Below, one piece after another: positions 39,207 through 51,676 of a stretch of 64,000 nt of DNA. Location: assembly GCA_036172245.1 (NCBI GenBank), contig JAYWIR010000054.1, positions 868,001 to 932,000 on the forward strand. Reading direction: 5' to 3'. The notes beneath the pieces were generated by a model. The model made no database searches and was not told the origin of the DNA. It was given only the letters and a program-made list of their open reading frames with translations. The DNA comes from Raillietiella orientalis (Eukaryota). Every line of letters begins with the position of its first letter. Position 1 is the first letter of the stretch. The position numbers and the translations under genes were made by a program.

Positions 39207-41349
39207 TTTTCACCCGGGTAAGCCGGAACTTTTATTATTTTAAAAAAAACGGAATTACAATTATTAATTGCAGTCGATTGATTTTTCATTGTTTTTGTGT
39301 TCCTGTCGGAACACATTTCCGTATTGTTTTGCAATTGTTCACCGACTTGAGTGCTGGTAAGGCCTACTCCATTCGCGAAAGGGACGGGAAAAAGGAAAAA
39401 AAAATACAAAAAAAAGGAAAAAAAAGGCTTGGGGAACATTGTTTATTGGGAGGGGGAGGGAAGGGAAGGGATCACTGTTCGCCGAGAGGAGGCCTCTGCA
39501 TCTGGTTTCGGATGATAACAAGTGCTGGCAGAATTTTCCTCAGCCGGCGCCAACGGGAAGCCTTCTCCATGGAGATGACCGCCCAGTGGATGGCATTCCG
39601 ACTGCTGTGGCCTCTTATCGACGCGTTCCACTTGTCCAGTATTCCTCGTATGCAGCAGAGAACTGCAACACATGCGGCACATGACAGGGAGTTCCGCATC
39701 AAGAGGCGACGAAAAATATTTTTAAAGTCGCCCTCTGTTTATGGCCGACGAGAGTCCATCCCACGTTCGGCGGAGGGCAACACATTCGATGAGTAAGTGG
39801 GGAAAGGTCTCCCTTTCCCCACACTCTGTACAATGGGCATCCAATCTCCCCAATGTCCAGTGAGACAGGCGTGCTCTGCTCAAAAGTCCCCAATGGAGCT
39901 CAAGCATCGCCGTCTCCTGCCAATCCAAAGGGAGGATGCCACTGTCCCAAGACGCCGGGGGTCACTTCACCTCCTCCGGAGGCATGCCGAGAAGCTCGCT
40001 TCAGCGCACAATTTCATTTCGCGGGACACTCGGGGCTATAGCGTCCGCTAGTTCCCGGGACATCCACGCCTTCATTGGTTTTTTCCTGCCTCGGATGAGT
40101 CAGGACACTTCGGAACAAGCCTCCTCTTGGCTGTTCCTGGCTTCTATAAGGGAGGGAGAACGAGGGCAAGAGGGGTGAATGAGGCCCACAAAATCTTTTG
40201 CGGGTTGCATACGATCTCCCGCAGGGGCTGGCCAGCGTTCCTGCCTCGACAAAGGCAAGAGAATTCCACCTCGCTGGAGCGGTTGATTTTTGCCCACGCG
40301 GAAACAGACTCCTGAAGGCAGGTAGTCCAGTTTGCGGGGCTGCAGGAGATCCATGGGCTGCTCCTCACCAGGGCCACCAATTCACGTTGCTGTGAACCAC
40401 AATGGTAAAGACTACCGTCGCTGGCTACGAGGACTGAAGTCAGTCCATCGCAGCCGCTTGCCCTGTGGGCTAGGAGTTGTATGGGCGCACACCATAGTGC
40501 TGTCCAATATTTTGCCGCAAAGGCAAGTTTTCTTAGTTGGAGCTGACACTCCATGAGCTCCAACGTCGGGAAACCAAGTCCACAGTCCCTGCGTGGAGCG
40601 CACATGTCTTTAAGTCGGACGCGGGGCCTCTGGCTACCCCAAAGGGCTTTCCTGATGAGGCCCCTTGTCCGTGTCCTAATTTGAAGAGGGCGAGGCACAC
40701 AAAAAGTAGAGGGCGAAGGAGAGGGGCCGCAAAGCCGTTTCACACCGCGGCATGTTCCCGCTAGTAAAACTTGCGGGAACGGTCCGATCGCCAACTCCAC
40801 CTTTTGGAGATGGTCGGACCAGGCTTCTGCGCTGCAGAAGTTCCCAAACGGAATGCCAAGGTACTTGATGTATCCGCCCGTGAAGATCCCCAAGCGGATC
40901 CAGTCCGATCGTCCTGCCCGCGACGAGTCAGAGAAGATGATCGACGACTTCGTCCTATTCACCTCAAGGCCTGTCCCGCGGCGTAGCAACTCGAAAAAAT
41001 TCTCGAGCGCCGATGCCGGAGTGGACCCGGGGAGCAGGAGCAAAAGGACGTCCGCATAGGCTGACACGGCAGGCGTGCCGGGACGCAAGCTGGGAAAGGT
41101 TGCCGAAGTCTCCCTGTATGCTCTCAGCACCAACTCAAAGTAGATGCTGAAGAGCAGGGGACTGAGGCTGTCGCCCTGCCGGATGCCGCGAAGAACCGTC
41201 ACGCCGTACACGTGCCGGCCGCTGCAACAAATATTGATGTATGCGAAGCAACAGCAGGAGCGCAGATAGGCCAGGAAGTCGGCCGGAAATCCCATGCCTT
41301 CCAGAAACTCTAGGAGGAGTTCCTGGTCGACGCAGTCGAAAGCTTCACG
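39207..41349 (-). mobile_element. T4: Tx1-like element, 3' half, cut at the RT 'REAFD' motif by T5
   Basis: ORF 40144-41403: 'EAFDCVDQ..GIRQGDSLSP..YAD..KYLG'; 3' terminus AATAAAAGTTCCGGCTTACCCGGGTGAAAA. Confidence 0.92.
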
Positions 41350-42641
41350 CCCGTTAGGACGGACGTGTTTCCTCGGTGCTCCTCGTACCGGGAACCGTCC
41401 CAAGGTGTAAGCTTCGTGTGTGTCGGTGGTCGATAAGGCAGCGCTGCCTGATAGGACAACCAGTGCGTGTCAGGGGGCGGCGGCAACGTCGCCTCCTGAG
41501 AAGATGGAATGCCAGGGGGTGGCGGCAACGTCGCCTCTAGAGAAGATGGAGTGCCAGGGGCGGCGGCAACGTCGCCCTCAGTAACGAAGAAGATGGGGGC
41601 ATCCGCCCCCACACAATCGGTCCCCGCTGCAGAGGGGGCGTGGAGCGCCGTGGTGTCGGCGAAATCGCCTGCAACCGCGGCGATATTATCGGCCTATGTA
41701 GAAGAGGGGTATAACCCTTCGCTTTTCTACAAGGTAATCAATCTTTAGAGAGCGCGCGCGCCTTCTCGAAGGGGATGCGAGCTCTCGATGTGAAAGAGGA
41801 GGAGCTCTGCGCTATGACCATTCATAGCGGGGGGCAGTACGTAGAGGTGATCTGCAAACATGGAGATCTGGCCCAACGTCTGCTCAAAACCCCCGTGGTA
41901 ATGGGGACACGCAGGCTCCTTCCCATTACGGCGGACCACAGTATGGTGGTCCACCTTTTAGGAGTTACCGCGCGGATGCGAAAAGAACAGTTACGCGCCG
42001 CGTTGCGAGAAGAAGCTACGGTAAATGCAGTATGATCCAAGCCTAGTGCTCTCGACGACTACACAAAAGTTCAATGCGGCCTCACGGCTACATGAGTAAC
42101 CGTCCGCGAGGGCTCTACCCTTTCCCACAAACTGGTGGTCGGTAGCGAAAGCGTCGACCTCTGGTAAGTGGGGAAGCCCAAATACTGTGGCTTCTGCAAC
42201 ACGTCGGGACACCTCAAAAGGAGGTGCCCCAACGTACAGTGCAAAGTATGCGGAACAATGGGCCACAAGAGAGAGGTATGCCCACAAGCCGCTGTGCGCG
42301 TGGATTCCGCAAGGATTAAAAAAAAACCCACCCAGCTACTGCAAAAAAGGCTAATTGCGAAAGCTGCTGCTAAAGCTGTGCCACTCACGCCCATGTCTTA
42401 GGCCTCAGCCGAGACCCCGGCAACAAACGGCAAAAGGATCGAGGGAAGCTGCAAGGAGCCTGGATGGCAGGCTGCAACAGCGAAAAAGAAAAGTCCAAAA
42501 AACAGCGCCAACTTGAAAAAAAGCTCGCATACCAAAATAAAAAACAGGAGGGTAGCAAGACTTTAAAAGAACGCAGCGTCATCGTGGAACGTATTAGCGC
42601 CGTTCGCGAACGCCGCAAGGTACAACTCGCTGCTACCGACG
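41350..42641 (+). mobile_element. T5: family alpha element, 5' UTR + ORF1 part, interrupted by T6
   Basis: Nucleotide similarity to 44747-46010; knuckles CGFCNTSGHLKRRC / CKVCGTMGHKREVC. Confidence 0.92.
41471..41596 (+). repeat. 42-bp tandem repeat x3 in alpha ORF1 N-terminus
   Basis: CAGGGGGCGGCGGCAACGTCGCCTCCTGAGAAGATGGAATGC units start at 41471, 41513, 41555; two units in T7 and T9. Confidence 0.85.
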
Positions 42642-44746
42642 TTATCATCCGGGTTCGGCAGGGGCGTTCATTGATAAAAACTTACATTCGCGCTACAAAA
42701 CCCCGTTCACAGCCATAGGCAACGGACCTGCCGGGACGACGGGACGCAGTCCGGCGTGGCTCTCCTTGGCAGTGAAAGGAGATGGGGGAAAAAAACAAAA
42801 AGGAAAATAAAAAATAAGGAAAACAAAAAGAACTTGGAGGGTAATGAAGGGATCACTGGTCACTGGGAGGAGAGCCCATCCTTCGGAGGAAGCCCTGTAG
42901 GTACTTCTGCATTTGTTAAAACTAAGGCCACTCTGTGGCTCTTGCTAGGAAGCGAAGAGCATATGGGATGATGTCCCTCTCGTTTTGGTCCACTTCGTCG
43001 CTGGCTTCGCTCCAAGCCACCACGATGCCTCGGGTGCAGCACAGTGGTGCCACGGCTGCGGCAGGCTGCAGGGCGTTCCGCACGTAGAGGAGTCGGAAAA
43101 CGTCTCTGGGGACACTACCCGTTGGAAGTCCGAGGGTCGTTCCAAACCGTTCCCATAGGGGTTGGAGGGCAGCACAATCCACAATAAGATGAGGGAGCGA
43201 TTCCCGCTCCCCGCACCTGATACACGCAGGATGCACAGCTCCCCTTGTCCAGTGGTAGCGGCGTGCATTGCAGAATAAACCCCAGTGCAACATGAGCAAC
43301 GCCGACTCTTGCCACTTAAGGGGCAGGATCCTGGATTCTCTTAAAACCGGGGGCCACTTCAGCTCATCCATCGGGATGACGACCGGCTCGCCCCATTTCC
43401 TAAGTCCACTCAAATAGACGCTCGGGGTCGTAACGTCAGCCAGCTCTCAAATGGTCCATCCGCTCATCAACTTCTCACGTCCCGCGAAGCAGCAGGAGAC
43501 TTGCCACTTTGGCGTCCGGCTGCGGTGAAGCGCCCTCCTCAGGAAGGGCATCGCCGTAGCAAGGCACGTTGTATTGGCGCACGTGCTTGTAGCGAAACTC
43601 TCCAAGAGATCCCGCAGCGTGCAGCGGGCTTAGGGGGCCGCATCGGAGAGGATTCCACGTTTCGTGGCTTCTCTGGTTTACCACATCCCAGGTGCCGATG
43701 TTCTCCTCCAAACAGGCGGAGGAGTTCGCAGGGCTGCAAACCATCCAGAGGTTCTTCATGGCCAGGGTTAACATGCGCCCGACCAGTAGGCCGCATCTTC
43801 TGATCATCCGGATGGGGCACAGAAGAAAAGACACGAGTCCATCGCACCGAGACACACGCCTGGCAAGGACGCGGGCCGGAATGCACGATGGGCTGTTCCA
43901 CATCTACGCTGCGATGGCCATGATGCGCCATCGCAGCTGAATTTCCAAGGGCTCTAGCGTCAGGAAGCTGAGAACACCGTCCCGATGCGGATCGCACAAG
44001 TCCTTCAAAGGGACACGGAGCTTTCCTTTGCCCCAAAGGGCGAGGCGAAAAAGGTTCTTTGTCCTCTTTACGTCAACGAGGGCGGGGCATACAAAAAGGA
44101 AGGGGAGGAGGATGAAGGCTGCGAAGGCGTTCCAAACCGCGGCTCGTTCAGGCAAGTGGAACTTGCCTTCCAGGAACGGGCCGATCGCCGTCTTGACTTT
44201 TCGGAGGCAGCTGGACCACGCTTCCGCAGGGAAGTATTCCCCCAGCAGCAAACCAAGGTACTTCAAGCACCTCGCCGTGGGGATCCCCAGACGGATCCAG
44301 TCCTGCTGCCCTGCACACGCCGCATCAACTGGCACTACCGACGACTTCGCCCTAATCACCTGCAGTCCGGTTCCGCAGCTAACCAGGTCGAAGAAGTCTC
44401 CGACTGCCGCCGCAAGGGAGAACATAGGCAACAGAAACAGAAGATCGTAGGCATAGCCTGCTACAAAAGGCGTGCCGGGGCACAAGCACGACAAGAGGGA
44501 CAAAGTACCTATGTATGCTCTCAGCACCAACTCAAAGTAGGTGCAAAAGAGCAGGGGACTGAAACTATCACCCTGCGTAACGCCTCGAAGCAGGGGCACG
44601 CCATACACCTGCTGACCACTGAAATTAACAGTAATTATCTCACTAGGCCAGCAAGAGCGCAGGAAGAAAATCAGGAAGGGTGGCAAGCCCATGCGATTTA
44701 GGAGCTCCAACAGAAGCTCCTGGTTTACGCAGTCGAACACCTTGCG
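42642..44746 (-). mobile_element. T6: family beta-like element, 3' half, cut at the RT 'RKVFD' motif by T7/T9
   Basis: ORFs 43904-44740, 43475-43903 and 42922-43413 closely parallel T8 ORF2. Confidence 0.93.
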
Positions 44747-44840
44747 TGCTCCAGGGTGGACGTGTTTTCTTGGTGCTCCTCGTGCCAGGAAGTCTCCCCC
44801 AGTGCAAGCGTCGTGTGGTTCGGTGGTCGATCAGGCAGCG

Positions 44841-46149
44841 ATGCCTGACGCGACCACCAGGGAAGGCCAGGGGGCAGCGGCAACGCCGTCCCCAGAGGCG
44901 ATGCAGAGCCAGGGGGCGGCTGCAGCGTCGCCCCCGGAGGCGAGGGAGATGGGGGCATCCGCCCCCACAGAATCGGTCCCCGCTGCAGCGCGGGCGTGGA
45001 GCGCCGTTGTGTCGGCGCCATCGCCTGCAGCCGCGGCGGAATTGTCGGCTTATGTAGAGGAGGGGTACAACCCCTCATTGTTCTACAAGGTAGGCACTTT
45101 ATACTCTTTAGAGAGCGCGCGCGCCTTCTCGAAGGACATGCGCGCTCTCGATGTGAAAGAGGATGAGCTCAGCGCTATGAACATCCGCAGCGGGGGTCAG
45201 TACGTTGAGGTCATCTGCAAACAAGCAGAGCTGGCCCAACGACTGTTTAACACTTCCGTGGTGATGGGGACGCGCAGGCTCCTCCCTATTACGGCGGACC
45301 GCAGCATGGTGGTCCACCTGTTAGGTGTTACCGCGCGGATGCGCAAGGAACAGGTTCGCACCGCGTTGGAGGAATACGGAACGGTCCACGCGCAATGGAC
45401 GAAAGTTAGTCCTTTCGAGGACTACACGGGGCTGCAACACGGCCTCACTGCTGCGCGAGTGACCGTTCGGGAGGGCTGCACTCTTCCCCACAAACTGGTG
45501 GTCGAAGGCGAAACCGTCGAACTCTGGTATGTGGGGACGCCGAAATACTGTGGCTTCTGCAATACGTCGGGCCACCTCAAAAAGAGGTGTCCCAATGTGC
45601 AGTGCCAAGTATGCGGCACAATGGGCCACACGAGGGAGGTGTGCCCAAAAGCAGCAGTGCGGGTGGTTTCCAAGAGAAACCTTAAAAAACGCGCCCGGCT
45701 TCTGCAGAAAAGGTTGGCGGCGAAAGCTGCCGCGAAGGCTGTGCCACCCGCGCCCAAGACCCAGGCCGCACCCGAGACCCCGGCGACCAACGCCGAAAAA
45801 GTTGAGGGAGCCGGCCAGGAGACTGAGTGGCAAGTGGCAACAGCCAAAAAATCAAAGAAGGAGAGGAGGATGGACAAGAAAATCGCCTACCAACAGAAGA
45901 AGAAAGAGCAGGGTAGCGCGATAATTAAAGAGTGCAGCGTCGTTGTCGAACGCGTTCTCGATGTTGCCGAACGCTGTCGGAAAGAACTCGCCGCTACCGA
46001 CGACCTCCCCTCTGTTGACACTGTCAACAGCGAGGGGAGCGAGCCGGCGGCGGCGTCCGTCATCGACACCACCATCGATGACGTAGCTTTCGCGCGAGCC
46101 GCGGAGCAGCTGGCAGCCTCGTTGCAGCCAGAACCCTCCGCGGCCAGTT
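44841..46149 (+). pseudogene. T7 ORF1 (gag-like, two CCHC zinc knuckles), 5' part, disrupted by insertion
   Basis: Open frame with CGFCNTSGHLKKRC and CQVCGTMGHTREVC; continues after 51892, as shown by the uninterrupted copy at 63070-63644. Confidence 0.9.
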
Positions 46150-46229
46150 ATGGCCGTGAGCGGGGCCTTGTACCGCGGATGTAGAGTTGTTTTTTAAAAA
46201 TAAACGCCCCGGGCGTACCCGGGTGTAAA
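46150..46229 (+). mobile_element. T8s: 80-bp extreme 5'-truncated beta insertion with perfect 15-bp TSD
   Basis: Matches the T8 3' end (51814-51891); flanked by CCTCCGCGGCCAGTT at 46135-46149 and 46230-46244. Confidence 0.85.
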
Positions 46230-46331
46230 CCTCCGCGGCCAGTTGGAGGACGTGTTTTTTCTTCACTCCTCAAAGGGTAGTAGGAAAGCGCTTTCTTGTG
46301 TGTGGTGTTTTGTGTACATCGTCGGTGTTCA

Positions 46332-48083
46332 ATGGCCACGACGCCAGAGGACACCGCGATGGAGGTGGGAGTGGGGGAGGCTAGTTCGCCCCCACAGCCA
46401 ACTGGAGCAGGGGCAGCCGCCCCGGAATCATCCCCGGCCACGCCGAGGACATGGAGCGCCATGGTGGCCGCGCCCAGCGCAGAAGCCATGGCGGAGATGG
46501 CCGCATAGAAGGCCTCCGGGTACAAGCCATCGCTTGTCTACCAGGTAGGCATCTTGTTCGACGGCCGGACAGAGCGCGCCTTCAGCAAAGCGTTGAAGGA
46601 CGCGAATGTCACTGAGAAGGATCTGGACGGCCTCTCCGTCCTCAGCGGCGGGCAGCGGGTTGAGGTGGTCTGCAAAGATGTCACCCTGGCTCACCGCCTA
46701 ATCCATGCGCCGCTGAACGTAGACGGCCGCAAGATCCTGCCAGTATCAATGGACCGCTCCGTGGTGGTCCACATGACTGGCATCACCAGCCGCATGACGC
46801 GGTCAGCGGTTGGTGAGGAATTGCGGAAATACGGTGAGGTGCACGCACTGTGGCCGAAACCCTCCATTTTCGACGGCTTCGATAGCCTTTTTGGTGGGCA
46901 GGCTGCAGCGCGGGTCACCGTACGGGAGAATTGTGGGCTTCCCCACAAACTACAGGTGGCGCAAGAAAACGTCGACCTGTGGTATGTAGGGAAGCCCCGG
47001 TATTGCGGGCATTGTGATACCGTGGGACACCTACGTAAAAGGTGTCCCAATATACAATGCCATTTGTGCAGGGAGCGGGGCCACGTTCGGCGCGTGTGTC
47101 CCAAACGCCCCACCCCGGTTCCCCCTGCCGCGACAAAAGCGCAGGGGAAACGTGCTTCAAAGGTCTCTAGACCTAAAGTAGAAAAGGGCCAGCACAAGCT
47201 GCCAACACCTCAACCTCCGGCGCGTAAGCCGGAGGATAAACCTTCTGAAACGGTGGAAGGCGAAGAGGGATGGCAGCTTGTAGAGGCCAGAAAGCCGAGG
47301 AAACTCCCACCCGCGGAGAGCAGAGAGCGGAAGACGGCCGGTAAGCCGAAGAAACCCGGTCCGCGCTCGAAAACTTTGCGCGAGTGCACGGTGGCACTGG
47401 AACGAATCGTCGTTCCCGAGATTGCCACCCGGAGCGTCGATCCTCCCCTTGCCGTGTCCGCTGCGCCCGAGGCTCGCGACGGCGAACCCTCTGTTTACAC
47501 AGAGGGTGAGCCGCGCGACATAGCGGCGGTCGAAGCCGCGGACGCCGCGTTCGCGCAGGCGGCGGAGGAGCTCGCGGTCACGCTGGCCGAGCGTGAGAAC
47601 CCCTCACGCAAGGCCGTGCGAAGGCCGGCTCCGGCGAAGAAGGCCCCCAAAGGTGAGTTAGACCTGGGGGCCGCAAGCACATCCTCCTCCTCGGAGGCAC
47701 CCCCCAGGAAGTCGGGACGCAAGTCCCAGAAGCCCAGGAGGCGCCTCCCCTCCACCAGCGAGGAGGAGAAGACGGAAGCCGTCGCCAGCGTGGGAAATTC
47801 GGAGGAGGAATTCCCACGCTCGGAAGCCGTCGATGCGGCCACCCCCGTGGAGGAGGGTGAACAGGGGGGTGAAGTCCCCCTTGCAGGCGCCGACCCTGAA
47901 CAGCCCGCCCCCATGGAGGAGGACGAACAGGTAGGCGCGACTCCACCTGCGGGTGATCCGGCCGACGCGCCGGCACCGATGGAGGAGGGGGACCAGGTGC
48001 CTTCAGCACCTGACCCCCCTCCTCCACCTAGCGTCCCGCCCCAGCAGGTGGCGGACGCCGCACTGCCATCTTCCCAAGAGTAA
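46332..48083 (+). CDS. T8 ORF1, gag-like zinc-knuckle protein with acidic/proline-rich tail; one in-frame TAG at 46506
   Basis: ORFs 46296-46508 and 46554-48083 are in the same frame; CGHCDTVGHLRKRC, CHLCRERGHVRRVC. Confidence 0.88.
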
Positions 48084-51000
48084 CACCTGGGCTCTCCAGG
48101 CGCCGTCGGATTCGCGCGGGCTGTTGGAATGTCAACGGGCTGCGCGACGACGGTAACAGGCGAGATACAGCCGACACCCTGCGGGAGTTCGACCTGGCCC
48201 TGTTGCAGGAGATCCACGTGATCACCGCGGCAGACGTCCAGGAGATCGACACGATCGCGGGGGGTCGGCTGTACTGGCAATGCGGCATCCGCAACACCTG
48301 CGGGGTCGCGTTCTTCGTGAAGCCGGCCATCGACGCTGCCGTGAGGGGCGTGCGCTTCCATGACGACGGTCGGGTCAGTCAGCTGACTCTCGGCTGGTCC
48401 GACTCGATCGATCTGGTCGTCACGAATGTGTACGCCCCAACCGGTCAAAAGGGATACAGCAACCGTACCAGGCTGCTTGAATCCCTGAAGCGCGACTGGC
48501 TGGCGAACACGAGCGTGCGGAAGGCTCACCTGATAGCGGGAGATTTCAATCTCCGCCTGCTAACAGGTGAGCCAGAAACACAAGTGAACGCGATGAATGA
48601 GTTGTGCGCCGCCATGCGTGCGCGCAACTTGTTCGCGGGTGAGAGGGAATTGGTCCGCAGCATCGACCACGTCTTCCTCGACGCTGACCTGTGTTCACGG
48701 GTCGGCAAACGGGGGAGGGTTGCGTCAACGTTGTCGGACCATTCCCGGTTAATTTTCGAGATGCGGCCTCGCGACAAAGGACCGCCATCCAGGGAGTGGC
48801 GTCTGCCGGGGGACTGGACGCGACTCTCAGGTGCGAAGGAACACCTTCGCGAATACCTGAGAGGCGTCACGCTCCGGAATCTCCAAGACTGGGACCTTTT
48901 TAAGGAATCGGTCCGGGAGTTCTGCGAGCAGTTCCCCCTGGACCGCCTGCCCTCCGGATTTGGCGAGGGTCCTCGCAACCATCGGGCCTATTTACAGGCT
49001 CGTAGGTACGAGCGAACCCCTAATGTCCGTCGCCTGGCCGAGTACCGCGCCGGGGCCGAACGCCCAGCCTGGCAATCCGGGTCGGCCAGCTTGCTGGACG
49101 ACCAGGGCCGGGAATGTTCGTCCCCGGCGTCGGTACGGCATCTCGTGCGGAGTTGTTATTCCTCCCTTTACGCCAGGGCGCCCCCGGATCAAGATGCCTC
49201 TCGGCTCTTGCTTCCGGATGGTGCCCCGGCAATAGGGGAGGAGGAGTCGTTAAGCCTCGATGAGCCTTTTACCACCGGCGAAATTCTCGCCAGTATCAAA
49301 AGGCTCAAGAGGCGGAAAGCTCCAGGGGAAGACGGCTTGCCCGCGGAGTTCTATCAGAGCTTCGCGGAAGAGCTGGCACCCCTGCTGCTTCAGCTGACAA
49401 GGCTGATCCGAGACGAAGGCGATGTTCCCGCCTCGTTTCGGTCAGCCAGAGTGAGGCTCCTTCCGAAAGGGGGAGACCTTAGGAATTTGAACAACTGGCG
49501 TCCGATCACGATTGTGAATACGGACGCCAAGTTGGTTGCCGGGCTATGGGCTTCGCGTCTGGGGCAGGTGGCAGAATCCATTATTAGCCCGGAGCAGACA
49601 TATGCTGTTCCCGGGCGAAGTATGGATGCCAACCTCTTCTTCGCGAGCACATGGATGCACGCGCAGAGGTGTCAAAAGGAAGGGAAAGGAAAAATCGGCA
49701 ACCCCACTTTGGGGCCGCCAGCAGGGCAGGGAATGGTCTCCCGGGCGGGGAAGGGGGCCTTAGCGCTCGCAGTCGATCTCCATAAGGCGTTCGACTGTGT
49801 TGACCAGGGGCTTTTGTTGGAGCTCCTGGGTCGCATGGGCTTCCCACCCTCCTTGATCAACTACCTGCGCTCCTGCTGGCGCCATGCGATAATTTCTGTC
49901 TCTTTCAGCAGTCAGAAGGTGCATGGCGTGCCTGTGCGGCGGGGCATCAGGCAGGGAGATAGCCTGAGTCCCCTGCTCTTCAGCACCTACTTTGAGTTGG
50001 TGCTGAGAGCCTACAGGGTGACTTTGGCCTCCTTGCCGAGCTCGTGTCCCGGCACGCCCGCAGTAGCAGCCTATGCCGACGACCTTCTGCTCCTGTTACC
50101 TATGTCCACCCCGGCGAAGGCGGTCGGAGACTTCTTCGATCTGCTCAGCCGTGGGACCGGACTGGAGGTCAACAGGGCGAAGTCGTCGGTGGTGCCAGTA
50201 GGTGCGGCGTGGGCAGGGCAGCAGGACTGGTTCCGTCTGGGGATCCCCACGGCGAGGGGCCTCAAGTACCTTGGTGTGCCGTTGGGTGACTACTCCCCTG
50301 CGGAAGCGTGGTCCAGCTGTCTTCAAAAAGTTGAGACGGCGATCGGCCCGTTCCTGGAAGGCAAGTTTCACTTGCCGGAACGGGCCGCGGTTTGGAACGC
50401 CTTCGCGGCCCCCATCCTCCGCCCCTTGCTTTTTGTTTGCCCCGCCCCAAGAGTAGTTAAAAAGAGGACGAAGGACCTCCTCCGCATCGCCCTTTGGGGC
50501 AAGGGGAGGCCCCGAGTCCCTCTGCAGGACTTGTGCGCTCCGCGTCGGGACGGCGGCCTTGGCCTCCTGACGCTGGAGCGCGTGGAAATCCAGCTGCGGT
50601 GGCGAACCCTCGCCATCGCAGCGAAGATGTGGAGCACCCCTGGGTGCGTTCCGGCCCGCCACCTCGCCAGGCGTGTGTCCCGATGCGAAGGACTCGCGTC
50701 GTTTCTTCTGTGCCCTGGCCGGAAGATCCGAAGATGCGGCCTTATGCTCGGACGCATAGCAACCTTGGCGAAGACGAACGGTTGGATGGTTTGTGGCCCC
50801 GCCAACTCCTCCGCCTGGTTGGAGGAGTCTGCTGGCACATGGGCTAAGCTGAACCGGAGGAGGGAAACCCACATGAACTGCCTGCGAATCGGCCCATACG
50901 CCAACCGCAACCTGCGGGAAATACTGGAATTTCCTCGGAGTCGCAGGTGGGTGTTGACGACCCCCCTTGCTACGGCGATGCCCTACCTCCTGAGGGCGCT

Positions 51001-51676
51001 TCAGGATCGCCAGAACCCGAGGTGGCAAGTCACCTGCCAGATCGCAGGCAGGGAGAAGATGCTAAGCGGCTGGACCACAGGAGAACTGGCGGACGCCACG
51101 ACCGCGAGCGTCCAGCCGCGTGGATTAATGAGATAGGGCGAGCTGCTCGCCATCCCTACGGATGTGCTGAAGTGGCCCCTGGTACTAAAGGAATCCAGGA
51201 TCCTGCCCCTTAAGTGGCAAGAGTCGGCGTTGCTACTGCTGCACTGGGGATTACCCTGCAACGCACGCCGCTTCCACTGGACAAGGGGAACTGTGGATCC
51301 TGAGTGTGTCAGGTGCGGAGAGCGGGAATCGCTCTCACACCTTATTGTGGACTGTGCTGCCATTCGACCCCTCTGGGAACGGTTCGGGGCGACCCTAGGG
51401 CTCCCTACGGGCAGCACGCCCAGAGACGTTCTACGGCCCCTCTTCGTGAAGGACGCACTGCAGCCAGCCGCAGACATCGCAGCCTTGTGCTGTGTCCGTG
51501 GCATCGTGGCGGCATGGAGCGACGCCAATAACGAAGGAGTGGGTCCACACGCGAGGGATGTCATCCCATACGCCCAACGCTTCATGCGGAGAGCTGCCGG
51601 ATGGCCCCAACTGGGGAATATACGGACGGACCTCGAGGGCTTCCTTGAACGGATGGGCCCTCCTCACAGCGTTTAG
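48083..51676 (+). CDS. T8 ORF2: APE endonuclease + reverse transcriptase + C-terminal Zn-binding domain; one in-frame TAG at 51134, start codon is ACA
   Basis: WNVNG, LLQEIH, AGDFN, IDHV, SDH; KAPGEDGLPAEFY, WRPITIVNTDAK, DLHKAFD, GIRQGDSLSP, YADD, YLG; CVRCGERESLSHLIVDC. Confidence 0.93.

Noticed and set aside
41471..41596. CRISPR-like array
   Set aside because: Contiguous coding tandem repeat without spacers, in a eukaryotic context with no cas genes
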